Assembly: GCA_000165345.1 (NCBI GenBank) | Contig: CM000434.1 | Coordinates: forward strand, 992,001 to 1,056,000 | DNA: 64,000 nucleotides | Direction: 5' to 3' | In this document: positions 10,243 through 19,200 of the stretch, piece after piece | Numbering within the stretch: position 1 is the stretch's first letter | How the letters are laid out: each line of letters begins with the position of its first letter | Notes under the pieces: model-generated | Seen by the model: only the letters and a program-made list of their open reading frames with translations | Told to the model about the DNA's origin: nothing | Database searches by the model: none | Made by a program: the position numbers and the translations under genes

Positions 10243-13200
10243 TTGATCATCCTAAAGGAGGCTTGCGTTAAAAAAAAGGACCAAATGGTTCGTAATGGTG
10301 ATCAAAGTCTTATAAACATATCATCTACAGACAAGTCTGATAAATGGGACTTGAAGCATAAAAATGAAGAAATTCCAACCAGAAAAGTGGTGGAGGAATC
10401 AAGTCTAGAATACTACGAGAGATCATCGCGCTCGGCCTCGCACTTTGGTAAGGTTTATAATGGACTATATCCAGTAGGTCCAAGATTACCAAGTTTCTCT
10501 TCATCCAATAAAAGAAGTAGGCTACAGAGTACATATAATGAGGATGAGTTCAGTTCCAGTTCAGCAAATAGTTCTGTTATAAATTCCGATGATAAAATGT
10601 ATATTGATTTTCCAATTCGAAATTTCTGGAAGATTGCAAAGACTCCTATAGACATGGAATCTCCCCAAATTGGGTATTGTCGAGGCTTTTATTATAGATT
10701 GTTAGTTCATCCCAGAGGAGGGAGTTGTAATGATTCTGAAAGCAGCTACTTGAGCGTGTTTTTGGAAGCACTTTACCATGAATCATATCCAGACGATTGG
10801 ATTTTTCCAAATGTTCGATTTCAACTTTCAGTTGTAAACTTTTTAGACCCCAAAGCAAATATCACGTCTTGGGCCCATTGGACATTTTCTCATGATGCAA
10901 TGAGTAGAGGATGGCATAAGATGGTTTCACATGTGAGACTCACTAGAGCTGCAGGTTTTGTTGATGACGAAGGAACCGTGTTAATTAGAGGTAGAGCTGA
11001 GCCTCCATTTCCGAGAATTTGGTCAAGATCTCCTAAATGTAGGCCATGGAGTATATGGGGTACCTTACCCTATAGAAATGCATCAGCATTGGCTCAGTAT
11101 AAGCCTTGTATTACCGGAACCCGCCAAGATCAGAACCAAGGCTGTTCTGATAAGCATGTTATTACAACAAATCTTTGTGCTTTTCATGAATTAGCAGAGA
11201 ATTCTAATAGAGGTCTTCTTTCTTGTAGAGCAGAATCACTATCTTCAGAAAGTTGTGGCATTTCTCAACATCAGTTAGAAGGCTCCTTATTAGTAGGGAG
11301 TACTCCTTTGTCAATTATGGATAGACTTTTATGGTCCAGTAGTAATTTGTTTGTTCCAACTTTAAGATCTCAGCTTAATGTGGACTTTGTTCCTGCATTT
11401 GTCCATTTGCTTTACCATATCAAAGAGTTTAGGAGGGCAATTTTCTCTTGGAACCCACGAATCCCTAAGAAATGTTCAACAAATCAAAATCCCAATTCTT
11501 CAGAAAGGTCAAAGAAGCATGATCCCAATCATTCTCCCGCCTCATTTATAGACCCCCAACAGCCACGTACATCCATTATTGAGGCTCTTCAGAAAACCTT
11601 TGCATATATGACTCTCTGGCCAATTGCCTATTCTGTCAAAAGATCTATCCGACATAGCTGGCAAGAAAGAATAGCCACAGATCCTTCTCTTGTGGACGAT
11701 TGGTGTTTCTCTAAATGTTGTAAATGTGGTGGTGAATTTGACTCTTATCCTAACAGTCCTGAAATGACTGACACTTCATCACTCCATACATCAAATAGCA
11801 GAAATGGCCGGCATTGTGCTTCCGATAAAAGTATTCCAACCCAGAGTTCTATTTTCAAAGAAAAGGAATGTCTCAGATGCAAATTACCTCCTGTTCCAGA
11901 TTGTTCTTGGATTATGAAAGCTTTATATATGAACGATTTACAAAGGATTGATGTTGCTGACCCTCTCATGCGCTTCCATTGCTTCATTTTTGGCGCCATT
12001 TATTTGGAGTCTGCACATGCAATTCTCCAGATTGCCGCGCATCACAGAAAGTCAATTCCACAGAATTTCAGGGGTTCAGAAAAGTTTGCCAATTTAGAGT
12101 CATCTGAAGGGAAGGATGAGTTTGAGAGATCCGAATTAACTGATGGTGAGTATAAAGAGTTTAGAGAGTCGGATGAAAGGAGTTTAGGATCACAAAGAAC
12201 TAGAGATCAGGAACAAAGTCGAGGCCAAGGCCGAGGTCAAGGTCAAAGCCAAAACCAAGATCAAGATCAAAACCAGTACTATGATCATGGACAAACACAA
12301 GGACGAGATATGAATATCTCAATCTCTTCTATTTTTGACTTAGAAGAGGATCTGAGAGTCCCAACAGAGTTTGATAATACTTGCAGAGTATTGTTTTCCA
12401 GTGTAGCTGAAGATGGAGGTGATTGCTTCTCTGACTACTCCACGTGCTGCCTTAGAGCTAAGCATATTCATTCAATCCCCAAAGCTATTGAGCATTATGC
12501 TCACAGATTTAAAAGATTCCCTGAAACACTTTTTATTTACTTCACTCCTCCAAAAAATGCCAAGAAGGGAGAGTTGTTTGACGTTCCTTTTAGGCTTGAA
12601 GCATCATTTTTATTGGAGAATTCCAATGTAAATGTAAATACAGGTATCGGAGTGGTTGATCAAGATTTTAAGGGTATAAAATCTGATAATCGTGGACAAA
12701 ACACTAATCAACAAGAGGATATTCAACCTCTTGTCACTGAACAATTCCAAGATGATGAAGTTATTGATGAAAGTACTCCAGACCTGAAAGGTAAAGTTAG
12801 AGGTAATAAAGAAGCAACAGGCTCTGAATCTGGTCAAAATACAACGAGCGTAGTTTTGGACAATAATGATTCTGCATTATGTGTTGAATCCAATGATGAA
12901 TACTCTTTAGAATACGTCTCAGAGGATGGATTTGATGAGAATCAGGACACCTCTATTCAATCTGATAGTCAGGACGATACAACAGGACATAAAAGTGATG
13001 TCAAATCTCCAAATTCTGAGAACTTCTTTGGATCTTCCAGCCAATATATGGAAAAATGGTACTCATTATATGGAGTGATCATTAAAGAAGGAGACGCTTC
13101 TGGAAGTAATTCTACAAGAAGTGTTCATCAACTTCTAATTAGACCTGAAGAAGATGGTCCATGGTTTAGAATTTGTGATGGTTTAGTTGAAAGACTTATA

Positions 13201-16200
13201 CCAAAGATTGAATTCACAGAGTGGAAATGTCATGGTGGATTCTTTTGTGCTGCTGCTGTATATATTGCTGAGGATTACATTGATTCAATTGCTGCAGGAG
13301 ACGTAATGGCTGATTGTGATATAAAGACTATTAACCCAAAGCTATATCAAGAGACTCTAGATCTTCTGGAAGTTTCTGAGGAAGAACTTCAGTATATCCC
13401 ATCTTGGGTATCTACACAAGTTAATACTTATGGTCCAAACAATGTACATTTGGAGATGCCTTCTTCAGAAGTTGATCATCTTGCAATGTGTGTAGATATT
13501 GCAAACGTTACTGTATGTGACTCAACAACATGTGTATTTGGACATCCTCTAATGGATGCTGGTTTATCAATTGATCCTTACTCTTTATGGATGCTTGTTG
13601 ATTATCGTTGGGGTTGGCCTTTAGTAAACAGCTACTTCCAACTCCAAGAACCTTTGGTTCAAGCTTTTTCAGCAGATCCTTCTGTTATACTTTCTGGGAG
13701 GACTATTCTCACTCCTTCAGCTCAAAAGCTACTCAATTCATTATCATTCAAATCTTTACGAGATTCTATACCAAAGTTTTGGAGCTTATTATTCGATATT
13801 ATGTTAGGACCAGATTTGGATTCTAAGGATCTTGATGCAATTCTACAAGTAGTTCCTCATCTTAGATCTCTATCTGCTAATATATTTCTTGAGATCCATA
13901 GGCTTTTGGAAGAATTTGGTATTTCTGAGGAATCTCAAGATCTTTTATTCTCCCAATCTGAGCTATACTCTGCTTTAGAACCTGATGTTAATCATTGTGA
14001 AATTAATAAAGATGATCTTCAAGATCAAGATCAAGATCAACAACATGATAAAGGCTGTCTAAAAGAGTATTTAAAGAATAACATTACAATCGAAGATAAA
14101 CTGGTACCTTATAATAAAGTAAAAATGATTTTATATCCTTCAATTCCTTCTCATCCTCCAAGCTTCCAACTAAATCAAAATGAAATCACTCCATCTTATA
14201 ATATTGCTCTAAACTTCATTAACAGGCTTCACATCCTTCTTTGGCCTCATCTTATACATTTTATCTATGAGCTTCTTCCTGTTGCAATTACTATCAGACT
14301 AAAAAGACTTCTTTTCAAGAGTAGTGACGACCTCTTATTTGATCCCAGACTTACTCCTGAAGATCTTTGTGCTAGATTCTTAACAGAATCCAAGTTTCTA
14401 TTAGAATCTAGCTGTTGTCCACTTAACTTGATTAGATTCTGTGATAACAAACAGCTTTTGAATGCTGCAATAAACCAGGTAGCAGCAGCTTTAGATATAC
14501 ATGGATCATCATATACAGCAGCTTCTTGTTCTTTATCTTGTCCTACTAATAGAATGATTGATAGATTTGCTTCAGAGCTTGGAAGTTCAAACTTTGTAGT
14601 CCCAATATTGGTATATATTACTCAAATATTACTTTCTGGAACATTATATAGAGTATCATCAAAATTACTTCCACCTGAAGCTTTGTATACTTGGCCTACA
14701 AGTTCTTCAAATCAAGAATCTTTGTCTTTAACAGGTATCGGGAATTTAATTAATCATAAAGATTCCACGCCTTCAAAACAGTCAACTGGATCAAAAAAGA
14801 GGAATTCTTCAAATAAGTCTTCTTCTGGTACAGCAAGTTCTAATGGATTAATTGTACCAAATCCACTCTCAGAAGCAATTCAACATCTTCAAGTGAATCA
14901 GGTATCATTCAGTCATATTGATCCTTATGTATTTATTCCTCTTCATACATTCCACGCTGTATCAACTCCTTTATTGGTAAACATCATCTTTGAAAATGAT
15001 CTTATAGGGAGGAAGTCTTTTGCATCTGAGAGTTTTCTATGTGCTTCCAGAGTCCTTCATGTAAATAGACTTGCAACAGTAAGACATTTATACTCAGCAA
15101 TAAGAAAAGTTCTATATCAACAATTTCTAGATACAAAGATTTCTAATAGTTTAGATACTCCAGATGTAACACCATTAGATACTCCTCAATCTAAGAATAA
15201 TAATGAACATAATACAATAGGAGGAAGACAACAATCTTCTGGTCATACTCATACTAATAAGAAGAATACAATATCAAATATTCCGATACCTATAGATTGT
15301 GAAGGTTTTGATTTAAGTTGGATACCAAGTAATCCATTGGATGTTTTCTGTCTTTACTCTTTAAGACCAGATACTGATCCAACAAGAAGAGGAAGACTTA
15401 AATATACTTATATGCAACCAAATGACTTTCTAGAGAATCATTATTATGGACCTCACAAATCTAATTATGTTACGTATTGTGATGTTGCAATTTTAATTTG
15501 TGTACCTCCAGAATTGAAGCTCCAAATACCTCCAGGATCTCAGAATTCGGATCATATAACAAAAAATTCTTCATCCCAAATGAATACAGTATCGGTATCT
15601 GGAGTAGGGGTACCGGGAAAAGCAGCAAGCTTAATGGGGTCAATATCAGCAGGAATTGGAGAATCTGATTCAGATTGTGCATGTTTGTATACTTGTCCAA
15701 GTCATATAGCTCATTCACCAGTATGTCAGAGTTCAAGGATGATAGAAAAGACTGTTCCAAAAATCGTCTCACCTTTATTCAAGGCTAAACTAATAGATCC
15801 TTTATGGTCAAGTACTAAATTCCCAATGAATGATGATTCAGTTGCTCCTCTTTTGATTTTTAAATGGTTTGATCAGACAACTTTGGATATTACACTGTTA
15901 AGTGCATCAATATGTGAAGCAAGAAAGTCTTTAAGAGATTGTATTGTTTCTTGGGTATTCCCTAGAGCAAGAAGAATGGGATTAATGCCTCAAAATTCTT
16001 CTAAAGAGACTCCAAATGCAGATGATTATACAGTTTTAGAGGAATGTCATATTAGAGTATGTCAAAATGTAAGAAGATGGACTTCATCAATAAAGAAAAT
16101 CAATAGAACAACAGGAGATGTATTTATTGTTCAAAAAAGATACAATAATTTGGGATCATCCCAACCTCTGATTTCTGATTGTTCATTTATATCACCCTTT

Positions 16201-19200
16201 ATATCAGCAGCATTATCATCTAATTCATATTCGGGTATTGTAGATGACTTTCCGCCTTCTCTTTCAAGGGATGAGTTATTAGCTATAATTACTAGTATGA
16301 ATACTAAGAAGATTAACCAGCTTGGGATCTTTAATACTCCAATTAAAGGTATATCAGGAAGCAATTCTCCAACAGTATTAGATCTAAAAAAGAATAGTTT
16401 GGATAGAACTTGGCCGATATCTGCATCTCCTATGGGAGGAGATCCTAAATTAACCTTTTCACAATTCTTTGATATTCTTAAGCATGGGGACGATTCTGGG
16501 GACTTTTTAGCATCCCAAATTGAGGATTTGGATATCTATTCATATCAGAATAGTAGTTGTAAGATTTCTATGGAAGATATTTCTTCATTAAAATCCGGTA
16601 CCGATCAAGGAAATTCATTGAATCAGGCAGAAAAAGGTAATCATTCTGTAACTGGAGTTAGTAATGAAACAACTTCAATAGATTTGAAGTCAGTTACAAC
16701 ATTTACTAATACAAATACAGTACAGATTTTAAATGCAAACAACTCTAATCAAAATGATTTATCTGCAATTTCTAGTAACTCTTTAATTGGAGGAACAGGA
16801 GTGGCGGGAACTTCTGGAGGTGGATCTAAGAAGAAGAAAAAAGCTTCCAAGAAGCTTCCTGGAATTCCATCACTACAGAAATCAAGCATTGTGAAGGCTT
16901 TAAATGCTCAGAGAAGACTAGAATCTCAATCTACAAGACTTGTAGATAATGATTCAGCTGATTTATCAGGATTGAGAGGGAGAGATCAAGGTCAAGATCA
17001 TGATCAAGATCTTGATCATGATCGGAGTCAGGGTCAGAATCAGAATCAGGATCAGGGTCAGGGTCAGGGTCAAGCCCAGGATCATGATCAGGATCAGGAT
17101 CAACATAGTAATCAGTATAATGAAGAGGAATCCAAACAGGATAATAAGGGAAATGAAAAACGCAAAGAAGGTCATAAAGAGAAGGATGTTGAAAGAAGTG
17201 ATATTAAAGTAAACAATTTATCTACAGCTTTGAAAAAGGATGCAAACTCTCCTGAATCTATGGATAAAGCTGGCTTGGAGGCTAAGCCTGATTCATCTTC
17301 TCCTTCTTCCTCCTTTTCTTATGGAACTGTATCTCTTAGACCAGAAAAGCTTCAGAAAGTTCCTGATGAACTTTTTGAAATCGCTCTTGAAAGCTTTTCT
17401 GGAGACTCATTCAGTGTCTCCAGCTTAGTTGGCCGTTTATTGGAGCGTGTTATATGCAGATTTTCTGAGATCTCAAATAGAAAAAAGGAAGACTCCTCAT
17501 CTCATATTTCTGAAACCTTTTCTGATTCTAATAATAGATCCGAATTCCTATTATGGATGAATGGATTAAATGATCTCGTATGTAACTTATCTTTGATTGG
17601 AGGTAGCAAAAAGATTGACCAAACTCTTATTCAAAGAGAAATCATACAACTCCTTAGAAGACTTCTCTCAACTGAGACAAGTTCTCAACAACTTTCTAGT
17701 GTTGCATCTGAAAGTCTTTCATCTATAATTAAATATTTAGAGGATGGAAATCTTGAGCCTTGTTTTAAATCAATAATTTACAATATTCCACAAGTTGGAT
17801 CAGGATCAAGATCATTAATATCGGTACCTGGTTTATTAAAAACGATACCCAAATATGGTAATAATTTTAATAAAGAATCATTTAATAATTATTATAATAA
17901 TATGTATAATATTTTAGTACCAGTACAACAAAGATCTGCTATTTTGTTCACAATATTATTAATTAAAAGTTTAACAATACTGTCTCCAAGTTCAATAATA
18001 GAGATGCATCTTGGATTACTTCCTAAGACGGATTATATAAGATCTAATTCATTAATTAAATCAACAGGTTATAAATCAATTAAGTCGTTTGTTTTGTTAG
18101 CATACTTTTTGAATGTTTTTGGAGTTAAAGATGCAATGGATGTTATTATTTCAATACAAGGAGTTAAAGGATTTGAGAATCTATTGATTAGGATGGCATC
18201 CTATACTATAGGCTTGAGACAATATGCAACTAGTAACTTTATTATAGAGAATATTGAAAAGCTTCATGATCATCATCCATCTTTAGATTGGGTATCGTCT
18301 TTAAGAATTACTGATAAGTTAGCAATCAGTGAGGAAGTTCTTAAGAAGACTTTGGAGACTATTTGTGATCATTTTTCTACAAAGAGTAATTCAGCTTTTG
18401 CTCAGAATAAGAAGACTTTGGATTTAATACAAAATGTTGAAGGAATTGTCAGATTCTCAGATATCAATGATTTTGCATATGAACAGGCTCAATTATTAGA
18501 AATGAGAAAAGTTGGAAAAGATTCTCCTCAAATATTAGTTAATAATGATGACTTATGTATAATACTTAAACCTCCTTTCTGGTATTGTCCAATAGAAGGT
18601 ACAGGGATGGATGAGGATGAACAAGATGAGGAGGATAAACAAGATGAACAAGAAGAAAGTGTAGAATATGAAGAAGAATTAGAATACAAAGAAGATGAAA
18701 CTGATGGTGATAAAATAGAAAATCAAAGAAATGATGACAAGAAAAGAAGAAAGGTAAAAAAGAAGCTTGATCATGATAATATCCAAGATGAAAACAATAA
18801 GGATGAGAAAACAGGTATAAGAAAAGATCTTAAGAATAAAGTATCGAGTATTATAATTAAAGAAGAAGATAATGATTCTGAAATTGAAGTTGAAAAAGAT
18901 AATAATAATAGTAATACTGATGAATTTGAGGAGATTCTAAATAGTGGAAGAATGGAAAGTATCTTGAACTTTTTGAAATTAAGATGTAAAGGAATAGGCT
19001 TAGATTTAAGAGGTAACGAGAAAATGATTAAAAGAATTGGATTAAAACTTGGAGTTGAGATTGGAGGTCCAATATTAATTTTAAAGAATGAAGATATGGA
19101 GAAATACTATAATAAGAATGAGATCTTGAATCAAATTCATTGTCAGTATATATTTTTATGCCATGGACAGATTCAGAATTCTTCTGATAGAAATGTCTCT

